A DNA stretch of 64,000 bases from IMG/VR virus record IMGVR_UViG_3300015371_000003, positions 52,230-116,229 of that record, one strand, 5' to 3'. The position numbers were made by a program, and so were the translations under genes. Positions within the stretch are counted from its first letter, which is position 1. The number at the start of each line of letters is the position of its first letter. This DNA is from a virus. The notes below the pieces were generated by a model, which was not told the origin of the DNA, made no database searches, and was given only the letters and a program-made list of their open reading frames with translations. Positions 25,396 through 35,267 of the stretch are shown here, one piece after another.

Positions 25396-25943
25396 AGTGG
25401 CAGTGGTCTGGTACGGCTGGACTGGATTTACATGAGGCGTTGCGGGCCGCATGTGCGTTCATCAAACCCGTGAACAGTTATCTGGAAATTGGGGTGGATG
25501 GCGGCGGATCCCTGAACACGGTGCTCTGTGAAGGTCGCCCCGAGCGGATTGTGCTGTGTGATATCTGGGATCCCACTTACTGCGAGCACGGAGACGCCAA
25601 GCCCCGTGTGCTGGAAATCCTTGACTTCTTCGAAGCCACGGCCCGATTTTTGGATGGGGATTCGAAACGGCTCATTCCCACGTTGAAGGAGTCCTTCGAT
25701 CTGGTGACTGTGGATGGGGACCACAGTCCAGAGGGAGCCTATATCGATCTGTGTAACGCATGGCCCCTCGTGAAAGTCGGTGGCATTTTGGTAATGGATG
25801 ACATTCACCATCCGAATTACCCGTGGCTCAAGCAAGTCTGGGAAGGCTGTCTGCAACAGTGGCATCTCCAACAGTGGCGGTTGGAACGCATCATCGAACA
25901 ACACGGGGGCTGTAACGCCGACATGGTGAAGAAGATCGCATGA
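25392..25943 (+). CDS. Class I SAM-dependent methyltransferase (Methyltransf_24-like)
   Basis: YLEIGV..GGS, GDS, FDLVTVDGDH, GGILVMDD. Confidence 0.88.
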   Translation: MKWQWSGTAGLDLHEALRAACAFIKPVNSYLEIGVDGGGSLNTVLCEGRPERIVLCDIWDPTYCEHGDAKPRVLEILDFFEATARFLDGDSKRLIPTLKESFDLVTVDGDHSPEGAYIDLCNAWPLVKVGGILVMDDIHHPNYPWLKQVWEGCLQQWHLQQWRLERIIEQHGGCNADMVKKIA

Positions 25944-25961
25944 AACTGGAATTGGGGCCAA

Positions 25962-26531
25962 ATGGTAGCATTTGAGAATTTAACAGGGCACCGATTTGGC
26001 CGTCTTGTGGTGTTGGGGCGTGCTGGTACTGATAAGAACGCTTTTGTTCTTTGGAAATGCCGGTGCGATTGCGGGAAGGTGGTGGATCGTGTTAGGACTC
26101 CCGGCTTAAAGAAGGGCAAAGCTAAAAGTTGTGGGTGCCTGAATAGGGAGAGAGTGCGAGCATTACACGCAAAGAACGCCAACGAAATGTCAGCTTTGCG
26201 TAGGTTGTATTACGAGACGGGAGCCTCCGCACGCCAGAGGGAGCTTAGTTTTACACTAACCCTTGAAGTTTTTATTGAGTTGGTAAAGTCTGATTGTGTT
26301 TATTGTGGAGCACCACCATCGAGAGTATTCAGACGAACGAATAAGGGTGGAATGAAGGCCCATTCGTTATGTGTGGTGAACGGGATCGATAGACGAGACA
26401 ATCAGTATGGATATGAAACGCTCAATTGCGTGACTGCCTGCGAGCTTTGCAATCGAGCCAAGTCTGCGATGGGGGAAGTTGAATTCGTGGCTTGGATTGA
26501 TAGATTGGCGAGGCACCGAAAATTCGATTAG
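25962..26531 (+). mobile_element. HNH-type homing endonuclease gene (AT-richer insertion)
   Basis: LTG.RFGRLVV, WKCRCDCG, SCGC N-terminal module; CVYCG..NGIDR.DN..GY...NCV.AC..CN..K. Confidence 0.85.
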
Positions 26532-26983
26532 AACTTGGTTGCGGAAACCACCCGACACCGGGCTACCTGCATCATGATCGGTGGGTGCATTCACCGCACA
26601 TCGATATTGCCTTTGATCTAGATACGTTTCCGTGGCCCGTCGAGGACGGGTCCGTCGAAATGCTCCTTGCCACAGACGTGTTCGAACATCTCAAGTGCGA
26701 CGTGCAGACATGGTTGGATGAGTGCTGGCGAATTCTCAGACGACAAGGCGTGCTGAGCATGCGCCTCCCTGCGTATGACAACCCGTATAGCTGGCGGGAT
26801 CCCACGCACCAACGGGTGTTTCATCAGGAATCGTTTCTTTACTGGTGCCCCCAAGCGGAGGGCACAGTATGGAAGGATTTTGGGCGCTACTACTTCGGTC
26901 CTGCGTATCAGAAGTGGTGGCGGCAGCAGTCCGTGATTCGTGAAGTCAAAGACTGGCGTTTTACGCTATGCAAGATGTCGTAA
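26522..26983 (+). CDS. SAM-dependent methyltransferase (type 11-like), 5' end interrupted by the HNH gene
   Basis: IRLELGCG motif I lies upstream of the track's GTG 26585; D.FEHL, E.WRIL..G, DPTH; no canonical start upstream of motif I in this segment. Confidence 0.8.
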   Translation: MRLELGCGNHPTPGYLHHDRWVHSPHIDIAFDLDTFPWPVEDGSVEMLLATDVFEHLKCDVQTWLDECWRILRRQGVLSMRLPAYDNPYSWRDPTHQRVFHQESFLYWCPQAEGTVWKDFGRYYFGPAYQKWWRQQSVIREVKDWRFTLCKMS

Positions 26984-27729
26984 TCATCCCTACGTATGAC
27001 CGGCCTGAACTGTTGTGGCTTTGTCTGGATTACCTGTCTAAGTGTCCTGATAGCGTGCATGTGCCGATTCGGATTTACGTGGATGCTCATATCGGACAGC
27101 CGCCCCCGCCACGAGAGGATATTACGGCGGTGGTTGAGAAGTTTCCCACGCTCTCCATCCAAGTGGCCTATCGCGCCTCCCATCCCTACCCCGGCAACAG
27201 TCATAACGTCCTGATGGCCTACAAGGATGCCTACGAATCGGAAGCGTCCTACGTCTTTCTCGTGGAAGACGATGTGCTAATTCATCCGCAGTTTTTTACG
27301 TGGCACCGGTATGTGCAGAACGGGAGTAAAGCCATCGGGTGCAGTATTGCGGTGACGAATCCGGGGCATGGCGCGTATGCGTCGTTGGGCGTGTGTTTCA
27401 AGCGGGAGCGGCTTCAACTGGTGATGCCCCACTGCAAAGCCGCCTATTTTCAGGATATGCGGGGGTATTGTCGTGCCCATTTCCCACCCTCACGGTTTGA
27501 CTGTGAACAGGATGGGTTATTCGCACGAGTGCTGGCAGGCCATCCGGTCGTGTGGGCAGGCACCCCCTACGCACAGCATGTGGGATGGTACGGGTATCAC
27601 CGTCCGAGAAGTGTCCGACCACAGGGCACCTTAGAAGATCGCTATTTTCAAGTGAAGCAGGCGTTGCGAACCACGCAATCCATCCGGAAAGTCTCGCGTG
27701 ATTTCAGGGATATCCAACCGTTGACGTAA
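26968..27729 (+). CDS. GT-A fold glycosyltransferase
   Basis: VIIPTYDRPE.L..CL, FLVEDDV, EQDG, QHVG.YG. Confidence 0.8.
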   Translation: MQDVVIIPTYDRPELLWLCLDYLSKCPDSVHVPIRIYVDAHIGQPPPPREDITAVVEKFPTLSIQVAYRASHPYPGNSHNVLMAYKDAYESEASYVFLVEDDVLIHPQFFTWHRYVQNGSKAIGCSIAVTNPGHGAYASLGVCFKRERLQLVMPHCKAAYFQDMRGYCRAHFPPSRFDCEQDGLFARVLAGHPVVWAGTPYAQHVGWYGYHRPRSVRPQGTLEDRYFQVKQALRTTQSIRKVSRDFRDIQPLT

Positions 27730-27764
27730 CCTCAACCGCTGCAACCAATTGCACGAAAAGTCCG

Positions 27765-27793
27765 TTGACTTTGGGGGGTGGCCCCCTTACAGT
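27765..27793 (+). promoter_or_regulatory. Putative promoter for the tail operon
   Basis: TTGACT-17 nt-TACAGT; TGCA box 11 bp upstream. Confidence 0.5.
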
Positions 27794-27838
27794 ATCTGTT
27801 GCAGCCGAATAGGTTGCCCCTATCAAGGAGTCATTGCT

Positions 27839-28666
27839 ATGGGGATGGTAAATGTACGAAACTTGGGGTTTGGTGGATCAGGGATTCCTGACACTTTGCC
27901 TCAGGCGATTGCCGAACTACAGGGCATGAGACAATCCGTCGTGAACGGGGCGGCGGCTGGCACCGTCATCGTGGTGCCGGGAATGGACCCCGAGGACAGC
28001 GTGGGAGCGGTGGTGGATCTGACTACGCCCGCCACGATTGATCCGGCTACGGTCACTGTGGCGGAGAGGAATGCCTCTGCCACGATCACGGCGCTTACCA
28101 CTGCCGCCGATGGCGACAAGGTGATCGTCAACGGCAAGACGTACACGATCAAAGATGTGGTCGTGAACACCAGCTATAACGCGCCCCCCTTCGTGGTGCC
28201 GGTGGACATTACGCCGAGCGGCAACGACGCGGAGATTCTGGCGGATCGTCTCGCCAAGGCCATCATGTCCGGGGACAGCACCCTGACCACTTCCGTGGGA
28301 CCGAATGCGGCGTCTCCGCCCGCCCGTGTGGTGGTCACTGTGAAGGTGCGGCAACCCGGCACCGCAGGCAACTCGTACACCCTGTCCGAAGTCGGCAGTG
28401 CCGTGACCGTCTCAGGTGCGAATTTCACCGGAGGTGTGGCGGCGGCATCGGCTGGTTTTTCCAGCAGCGTCAACACGTCGGGCAAGAAACTGCTGGTGAC
28501 GTGGTACGACCGTCATCCGGGTGCTGCCACGGCTCCGCTGATGGTGGAGTCGGAGGACATCGCATCTCCGCCCGAAGGTGACGATCTTCAGTCGCCGCCG
28601 GAGCCGAACACTCACGCGAATCTGCACATGCCGGATTCGCCTAACAAGAAGCCCGTCAGGAAGTAA
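27839..28666 (+). CDS. Virion structural/decoration protein
   Basis: AAGGAG RBS; Ala/Thr/Val-rich; GD.V.VNGKTYT and GTAGN...L...FTGG motifs. Confidence 0.7.
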   Translation: MGMVNVRNLGFGGSGIPDTLPQAIAELQGMRQSVVNGAAAGTVIVVPGMDPEDSVGAVVDLTTPATIDPATVTVAERNASATITALTTAADGDKVIVNGKTYTIKDVVVNTSYNAPPFVVPVDITPSGNDAEILADRLAKAIMSGDSTLTTSVGPNAASPPARVVVTVKVRQPGTAGNSYTLSEVGSAVTVSGANFTGGVAAASAGFSSSVNTSGKKLLVTWYDRHPGAATAPLMVESEDIASPPEGDDLQSPPEPNTHANLHMPDSPNKKPVRK

Positions 28667-28692
28667 ACTGGCCGTAGCTAAGGAGAATCAGC

Positions 28693-29526
28693 ATGAGCAC
28701 TTTTGATGCGGCCAACTGGTACTTCAGCGGCCAAGGGGTGATCATGATCGGGCGTCGTGACCCGATCACGGGCAACCCGATTGGGCTGAGGCCAGTGGGC
28801 AACTGCCCGGAGATGCGCTTGACGGTCGCTACCACCGTCGTCAACCACAAAGGTTCGCAGGATGGACAGCGGGCCACCGATGCTCGACTGCAAACCGAAG
28901 TCAACGTGACGGCCTCGTTCACGTGCGAGAACTGGAATGCCCGGAACCTTGCGGAAGCCACTCGTGGGTCCGATACGCTGATCCCGGCAGGGTCCGTGGT
29001 CAACGAAGCGGCCAAGGCGTTCCCCGGACTGGTGACGGCCCTCCGGTACATCAAGGTCAACGGTGTCGTGGTCAAGAAGGGCGCGACCACCCTGACCAAG
29101 TACACCGATGGCACCGTGCCGTGGGATTACAAGCTGAATCCCGAGGCCGGTTCCATCATGTTCAACGACGGGGATCTGATGGACTTCGCGGGGTTCGTGC
29201 CCTCGTCGCCGCCGGATCCTGATGGGGATGATCTGACGGTGAGCTATTCGTACGAGGAACAGTACCTCGTCTCGTCTCTCACCCGTCCGATCACCGACAA
29301 CTGGCTCCGCTTCGAGGGTCTGAACACCATCGAGGAGAACAGCCCGGTCATCGTGGACGTGTTCCGCTTCTCCAACGATCCGCTCAAGGAACTGGCGCTC
29401 CTGTCCGATACCTTCGGGCAGTTTGTCATCGAGGGATCGGTGCTGAAGGACGACACGCGGCTGAGCGGCAGCAACTATTTCAGCATCAAGAAGCTGAAGG
29501 CACAGCCTGACAATCTCGTCAACTAA
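28693..29526 (+). CDS. Major tail tube protein
   Basis: YFSGQG, R.VGNCPE, LRFEGLNT, L.L.SD.FG...IEG.VL.D; precedes chaperones and tape measure. Confidence 0.88.
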   Translation: MSTFDAANWYFSGQGVIMIGRRDPITGNPIGLRPVGNCPEMRLTVATTVVNHKGSQDGQRATDARLQTEVNVTASFTCENWNARNLAEATRGSDTLIPAGSVVNEAAKAFPGLVTALRYIKVNGVVVKKGATTLTKYTDGTVPWDYKLNPEAGSIMFNDGDLMDFAGFVPSSPPDPDGDDLTVSYSYEEQYLVSSLTRPITDNWLRFEGLNTIEENSPVIVDVFRFSNDPLKELALLSDTFGQFVIEGSVLKDDTRLSGSNYFSIKKLKAQPDNLVN

Positions 29527-29540
29527 CGCCGCATCGTGAT

Positions 29541-29577
29541 CGGGGGTGACTCCTCAATGGTGGGGAGTCACCTTCCG
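29541..29577 (+). terminator. Strong hairpin after the tail tube gene (terminator/processing, no U-tract)
   Basis: GGTGACTCCTCA-atgg-TGGGGAGTCACC. Confidence 0.5.
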
Positions 29578-29605
29578 TGTCGAGGCCAGAAGACAAGGAG
29601 TGGAT

Positions 29606-30070
29606 ATGGCCCCCAAGCAAGTTGTCAAAATAACGGACCTCGCACAACTTAGCCGTCCTGTTGACATTTCCGACGACAAACAAATCATGGTCCGCGCTCT
29701 CAATTTGCGCGAGATGGTGACGTTGTTTGTGGATTCACGGGATGTGTTCCTTCCGCTGTATGCCGCAGGCGTCGAAGGACGCATGAACCCGGATGATTTA
29801 GCGCCGTTTCTGCTGTCCGCCCCACAGGTAGTCGCCCAGATCATTGCGATGGCCGGGGATGAACCGGAATCGGCCTCCACTGTTGAAAAACTCATGCCTG
29901 CTACGTCGCAATTGATTGCATTGTCGGAGATTTGGCGAGCGTCGGTACCGGATCAAAAAAAAGCGAAGCAACTGTTATCCGAGGTGACGGCGCTAGTGCA
30001 AAAGCTATCCGAAAAAGGCGAAAACTTACTCCAGAAGACGCCTTCTCTCATGGACTCGCCGCCTCTGTAG
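29606..30070 (+). CDS. Tail assembly chaperone (gpG-like)
   Basis: AAGGAG RBS; between tail tube and tape measure; slippery A-run. Confidence 0.8.
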   Translation: MAPKQVVKITDLAQLSRPVDISDDKQIMVRALNLREMVTLFVDSRDVFLPLYAAGVEGRMNPDDLAPFLLSAPQVVAQIIAMAGDEPESASTVEKLMPATSQLIALSEIWRASVPDQKKAKQLLSEVTALVQKLSEKGENLLQKTPSLMDSPPL

Positions 30071-30267
30071 AGGTGTTGGTCGCCAATGGGCATCGTCCTG
30101 CGGAAGTCTGGGGTTATAGTTTGCGGGTCATTGATGCCTATATCGAATTGATTGCTCAACGTCTTCAGCACGAGTTGCATGATCTGACCGTGGCAGTTCG
30201 ACACTCTCAAGGAACGGACGCAAAGGTGTTTCGTCAATTTTTAGAGAGTTTGCAGGGAGACGAGTAA
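29956..30267 (+). CDS. Tail assembly chaperone gpGT extension via programmed -1 frameshift
   Basis: A_AAA_AAA at 29956-29962; -1 frame open to TAA 30267 with L.ANGH....VWGYSL. Confidence 0.8.
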   Translation, partial: KKSEATVIRGDGASAKAIRKRRKLTPEDAFSHGLAASVEVLVANGHRPAEVWGYSLRVIDAYIELIAQRLQHELHDLTVAVRHSQGTDAKVFRQFLESLQGDE

Positions 30268-33200
30268 TGCCCCCGACCTCCGCCGCGATGGAACTGAAAG
30301 TCCTGATCAGCGTGCTTCAGAGCGGCAATGCGCTGAAGACGCTACTCGGGCAGGTCAATCAGCTATCGTCGGCGCTGACCACTCTCCAATCGAAAAGTAA
30401 TGGGGCACAGCCTCCCGGTATTCCTCCGACACTCAAGCCCCGTGCTGATGAAGCTACCAAGTCCCTGCTGAATATTGAAGGCGCGGCGAATAAGGTTACG
30501 AATGCTCTCAAGTTTATGGTCGGGGGGTTTCTGGCCCTTGAGAGCGTACGGTTCGTGAAAGATTTGGCGGATGCGGCGGCGAGAGCGGAGGTGTTGCAAA
30601 CTGTTCTGCATGTGGTGGGGAACAACGCCGGGTACATGCGAACGGAATTGGATGCTGCTGACAAAGCGGTCCAGAAGCTCGGAATCACGGCGTCGGCATC
30701 TCGTCAGGCGTTGACCCAAGCGATTCAAGCCGGGATCCCCCTTGCCGATGTGACCAAGTTGGCGCGGGCGGCTCAGGATACGGCGGTCATTCTCGGGACG
30801 AATTCATCAGAAGCCTTCCAGCGGCTTGTGACAGCGGTGCAGACCAGTAACACCCTGATGCTTCGGCATATGGGGATTACGGTGCAAGCGCAAGCTGCGT
30901 ACGACCGGTTTGCCTTATCGATTGGAAAGACCGCGAGTCAGTTGACCGCTCACGAGCGAGTGCTGGCGTTTTCGAACGCCACATTGCGGGAGGCCGCGAA
31001 ACTCCAAGGCACGTACGAAGCCGCAATGGGGAATGTCGGTAAGCAACTGACTTCTCTGGATCGGTTGCAAGAAAACCTCAAGGTATCGTTGGGCGCGGGA
31101 CTGTTGCCTGCGTATTCAGCGTTAGTCGAGGAACTATCGGAATTTCTGAAGTATCTGGGCCTGACCACTGACGAAATGGGTGGGCAGACCAAAGCCGCAC
31201 GGGATCTTGGAGCGACCATCAAAGATTTGGCCCATAGTTTTTTTGAAATTGGGAAATTTTTGATTGAGCACAAGGGTGTGGTGTTGGGGGTGATCGAAGC
31301 CTACTTCGTCTTCACTCGTGTGCTTCCGTGGATACGAAGTTTGGTTGCTGCGCTGCCCGCGTTAGAAGCCGCTATAGCCGGAGTAGCGGGCGGCGGAGCC
31401 GGTCTGGTCGCGGCCTTAGGCGGATGGCCCGTCATTATTGCCGGAGTGATTGCCATTCTTGTTGCACTGGCGGCTCAATTCCCCACAGTCCGGGCGGGAT
31501 TGCTCAGCGTGTGGTATGCCTTCTTGACGGTGCTGACCGTCATTGGGGCTGTGGCGAAAGCCATCTTCGGGCTGATTCCCCTGTTGAATACGCTGAATGA
31601 TGTGTTGATCCATCCGTGGAGAGCCGCTGATTTGGCAGCGGCATGGAAACAATGGGAGGACACCGCGAAGCAGTCGATGGACGAGGTGGTGGCTTATGCC
31701 AAAAAAACACAGGAGCAAGTTGGTAAAGCCTTAACTCCTGAAACACCAGAACAGGCGGCAGCACGAGAAAAACAGGCCAGAGAAGACGACATTGCCAAGG
31801 GCCGCGTCGAAATTGCCAAACTCATGGCGCAGGAGGCGGATGCGAAAGAGCGATTGGAGAAGGCCCAAACGCTTGGGGGAGGAAGTAAAGTCACGGATCT
31901 TGAGGAGGCGCTGAAACGAGTCCGAGAGGAACTAGGCAAAGCGCAAGCGGCCCAAGACAAACTGTATGGGGCGGGCGGGTATTCCCCCGAAAGTATCGAG
32001 CGGGAAAAGAAGATGGTGGCGGTGCTGGCTGAAGAACAGAAAGCCCGCTATGACATGGAAGGGATTGAGGAAGCCAGATCCAAGAGTCGATTTACCTACG
32101 GGGCGGAAGGGGAGTTGAGTCGAAGTTTTGGCTTACAGATCGGGCAATATAGCGAATTGCTGAATGGGTACGTCAATAAAACGAAAGATGCCAATGTTAC
32201 GACCGCTGAACTGACTACCAATCTCGAAGAAGCTGGTAAAGCGGCCCAAACTGCGGGCGATTTGAAGCTGCTGACAGCGGCGGTGAATGACCTTCTGAAA
32301 AGTAACAAAGAACTGTCCGCCGAAGAACGTTCGCGTGTCCGGTCAGCCCTGACAACAGGGCGTTTGCAAGTGGAGCAGGCAACGCTGGCCCGAACAAATG
32401 AAATTTTCCAACGTCAACAAGCCTTGCGGAATGAAGCCAACAAGCAGACTGATCAGCAGCTACAGCTTGAGTTGACGCAGTTACAGACTCATAACGCTCA
32501 GACACAGGCTCTCGAAGATCAGGCGTACGCCCGTGGAGCCATTTCCCTCCAAGATTATTACGATCATCGTGCGGCCATCATTGAGGCGGAATACCAGAAA
32601 CAAAAACAAGTTGCAGAGACAGACTTACAGCAAGCGATTACGAGGCCCGTGCGAAACGTGCAGGAGGAAGCTGCTCGGGCTACAGAGGTTCAAGCGGCCC
32701 GGAATCGTTTGGCAAAATTGGAAGACGATACCGAGGGGAAGCGGCAAGAGAACCGGATCAAACGGGATCAGGAACGTACGTCGATTAACAACGAGATTCT
32801 GGATATTCAGCGGGAAATTGCGGAATACGAGGGAGACGAAGCGACCGTTCTTGAAGTCCTGAATGCGAAGTATCAGGACCGATTAAATAGGCTCAAGGAT
32901 TCAAAACCGGAAGCTCGGGAATTGCTACGGATTCAACAGACCATCGAAGAATTTGATATTGCCCGAGAGAATCGTGAAAAAAGGGCACAACCCATCTTTG
33001 ATGAGTTGGCGGCTCGGAAACAGACGCTGGATCTGGAGCAGAAGCAAGCCGATCTTGAGAAAATTCGTGTGGATGCGCTGGAGAAGTCTGGGAATCTGAC
33101 GGCGACTCAAGCCGCCCGTGCTCGCAATCAATTGCTGCAACAACAGGAACAGCGGGTCTACCAGCAGGGGTTGAACGAAGCCAATAAACTCCGGCAGACG

Positions 33201-34364
33201 AGTATTCGGTTAGCTGAGGAGGAGGCGGCCAAACGGAAGGAGTTGGAGAGTATTGGTGTTAAAGATTCTGGACAGATGGAATTGCTGCTGTCTCAGGACA
33301 AAGCGATTATCAAACTGCGTGAGGATTTCCGCCAAGGGAAGATTGCCGTTCAAGATTTCGAAAATCAGATGGCGGCTCTCGCTACGCAAATCGAGCGGTC
33401 TGGGGATCAAATTCGAAAAGCTTTCCAAGATGGGTTGGGGAAGGCCATCAACGATTCAATTTACGGGATCAAGAAACTCGGAGAGACGTGGGGCACGTTC
33501 CTTGTAGATTTCAGCAAGAGCGTGACTGGAATGATCACGGGGGATATCGCGGCCCGCATTACGAATGCGATCAATCGGATTGGGGCGAAGACCGATAAAG
33601 GAAATGTGGTTCCGGGGACAGGGTTGTTTGAACGGTTTCTGCCCCCGTGGTTGCGAACAGCCCCCAAGCGGGATGGTAGTTCGCCCGGAATGTCGCTGTA
33701 TGTGGATTTTGCGAATCCGGAAAAGCTGTTCAATTATCTCAAGCCCACGGCGATTGGAGAACAACCACAACTCAATTTCTCACCCAAAACGAATCAGCAG
33801 TTCAATTTCTTGATGGCGGGGGTGAGTAGTGCGTCCACGTCGTTCAGTCAGTTTGCACCTCTTGCCAATTTGGGAGCTAATTTAGCACCCCACCTTCTAC
33901 GGATGTTTAGCACGAGAGCACCGGTTTTTGAAGGGGGATCGACGCTTGCCGCCAATCTCGGCGGAGCCGGAGCACTAACAGGGTTTGAAGAAGGTGGCCC
34001 GGTCCAAGGGCCGGGAACCGGCACCAGTGATTCCATCTTGGCCCGAGTCTCAGCGGGTGAGCACATCATGCCAGCGGCCAAAGCCGCACGATGGATGCCC
34101 CTGCTAGAGAGCATTCGGCTTGGGACACTGGCTCCGGCGTTTGCCTTGGGTGGGGTGGTCGCGTTGCAATCAATTGCCATGTCTCCGGTGATCCCCCGTC
34201 GCTATGCCTCCGGTGGGGTGGTGGTGACGGATGGCGGAGCCTCAGCGGTAGAAACCGGAGGCGGAGCCGGGAATATGGTGGTGTCTCTCCATCCCGATGC
34301 CTTGAATCTGACCATGCGAGAGTGGTTGGAGCATGAAGTGGTGCGTCAGCAGGGGAGACGGTAG
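30267..34364 (+). CDS. Tape measure protein
   Basis: 1365 aa, Ala/Leu-rich helical, hydrophobic middle; C-terminal F..GG.V.GPGTGTSDSI.AR.S.GE. Confidence 0.93.
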   Translation: MPPTSAAMELKVLISVLQSGNALKTLLGQVNQLSSALTTLQSKSNGAQPPGIPPTLKPRADEATKSLLNIEGAANKVTNALKFMVGGFLALESVRFVKDLADAAARAEVLQTVLHVVGNNAGYMRTELDAADKAVQKLGITASASRQALTQAIQAGIPLADVTKLARAAQDTAVILGTNSSEAFQRLVTAVQTSNTLMLRHMGITVQAQAAYDRFALSIGKTASQLTAHERVLAFSNATLREAAKLQGTYEAAMGNVGKQLTSLDRLQENLKVSLGAGLLPAYSALVEELSEFLKYLGLTTDEMGGQTKAARDLGATIKDLAHSFFEIGKFLIEHKGVVLGVIEAYFVFTRVLPWIRSLVAALPALEAAIAGVAGGGAGLVAALGGWPVIIAGVIAILVALAAQFPTVRAGLLSVWYAFLTVLTVIGAVAKAIFGLIPLLNTLNDVLIHPWRAADLAAAWKQWEDTAKQSMDEVVAYAKKTQEQVGKALTPETPEQAAAREKQAREDDIAKGRVEIAKLMAQEADAKERLEKAQTLGGGSKVTDLEEALKRVREELGKAQAAQDKLYGAGGYSPESIEREKKMVAVLAEEQKARYDMEGIEEARSKSRFTYGAEGELSRSFGLQIGQYSELLNGYVNKTKDANVTTAELTTNLEEAGKAAQTAGDLKLLTAAVNDLLKSNKELSAEERSRVRSALTTGRLQVEQATLARTNEIFQRQQALRNEANKQTDQQLQLELTQLQTHNAQTQALEDQAYARGAISLQDYYDHRAAIIEAEYQKQKQVAETDLQQAITRPVRNVQEEAARATEVQAARNRLAKLEDDTEGKRQENRIKRDQERTSINNEILDIQREIAEYEGDEATVLEVLNAKYQDRLNRLKDSKPEARELLRIQQTIEEFDIARENREKRAQPIFDELAARKQTLDLEQKQADLEKIRVDALEKSGNLTATQAARARNQLLQQQEQRVYQQGLNEANKLRQTSIRLAEEEAAKRKELESIGVKDSGQMELLLSQDKAIIKLREDFRQGKIAVQDFENQMAALATQIERSGDQIRKAFQDGLGKAINDSIYGIKKLGETWGTFLVDFSKSVTGMITGDIAARITNAINRIGAKTDKGNVVPGTGLFERFLPPWLRTAPKRDGSSPGMSLYVDFANPEKLFNYLKPTAIGEQPQLNFSPKTNQQFNFLMAGVSSASTSFSQFAPLANLGANLAPHLLRMFSTRAPVFEGGSTLAANLGGAGALTGFEEGGPVQGPGTGTSDSILARVSAGEHIMPAAKAARWMPLLESIRLGTLAPAFALGGVVALQSIAMSPVIPRRYASGGVVVTDGGASAVETGGGAGNMVVSLHPDALNLTMREWLEHEVVRQQGRR

Positions 34365-34367
34365 ATC

Positions 34368-35267
34368 GTGCATCGGGTCCAAGGCGCATCTCGCAGCGAA
34401 AATTTTCAGGCGTTCACGAACCTGATTTTTGCTGCACCCCCTATTGTGGGAAGTGGCATCGTCGTCGCCATGAACATGACGCTGTTTGATACCAATGACG
34501 TGACCACTTCGTGTGCCGATAGCGGAGGGCACGAGTACGTGCGGGTGGTGTCCCGGTGGCATCAAACAGGCCGGGTGAAGTCGGAGATTTGGTATCTACC
34601 ACGAGTGCAGCGCACGAGTGCTTCGTATACGGTGGTTGCTGGCGCTTCCGGGGGCCGCATGGCGGCGTCGGCGGTGGAAGTCGGGGACTTAGGGTATGCG
34701 GGGTTGTTGTCCGGAGTGTTCACCGGGGCCATCGGCAACTCCAACGTGATTGATACCGGCGCGACAATTCCGTTGACAGCACTCGAAAGTTTTGTGCTGG
34801 CCGCAACGATCATTGGCGTCAACAGCACTAGTTCATTGGTGATTCGGGCGGATACCCCGGCATGGTATGAGGAGGGGGAACACCGGTCCCTGTTTTTCTT
34901 CCCGAGTGAGGAGGATAGCCGTAAAGTCGTCAAGCCGACACTGGCTGATGGAGATCCCCAACAAGCAATCTGGGATTTTCCTACGGCTGGCCCGTGGGCG
35001 ACGGTGCTGGCGACGTTCTCCACCGATGCCCGTCCTCAGCCGGTCATTCGCAATTTGACTGGTTCCGTGCGGCAATTCGGAGGCGCGATTCTCTGTTTCC
35101 AAGGGCCACCCAATAAGAGCGTGGACTGGCGGATTCTCGAAGGGCATGGCACGTTGACGCCGTTTACCACCTTCACGGATGCGTTGGGGCGGTGTTCGTG
35201 CCGATATGAGGCGGCGGGGTTCGTAGAGCATGTGGTGGTCGGTGTGGCCTACGTGCCGGAGGACTGA
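34368..35267 (+). CDS. Tail protein (C-terminal Ig-like segment)
   Basis: After tape measure; beta-rich; V.W...G.GTL...TDA.G. Confidence 0.7.
   Translation: MHRVQGASRSENFQAFTNLIFAAPPIVGSGIVVAMNMTLFDTNDVTTSCADSGGHEYVRVVSRWHQTGRVKSEIWYLPRVQRTSASYTVVAGASGGRMAASAVEVGDLGYAGLLSGVFTGAIGNSNVIDTGATIPLTALESFVLAATIIGVNSTSSLVIRADTPAWYEEGEHRSLFFFPSEEDSRKVVKPTLADGDPQQAIWDFPTAGPWATVLATFSTDARPQPVIRNLTGSVRQFGGAILCFQGPPNKSVDWRILEGHGTLTPFTTFTDALGRCSCRYEAAGFVEHVVVGVAYVPED

Noticed and set aside
25958-26539. Group I intron or intein explaining the HNH insertion
   Set aside because: The insert is almost entirely the HNH ORF, leaving no room for a ribozyme core; it is out of frame with the host gene and has no intein splicing motifs.
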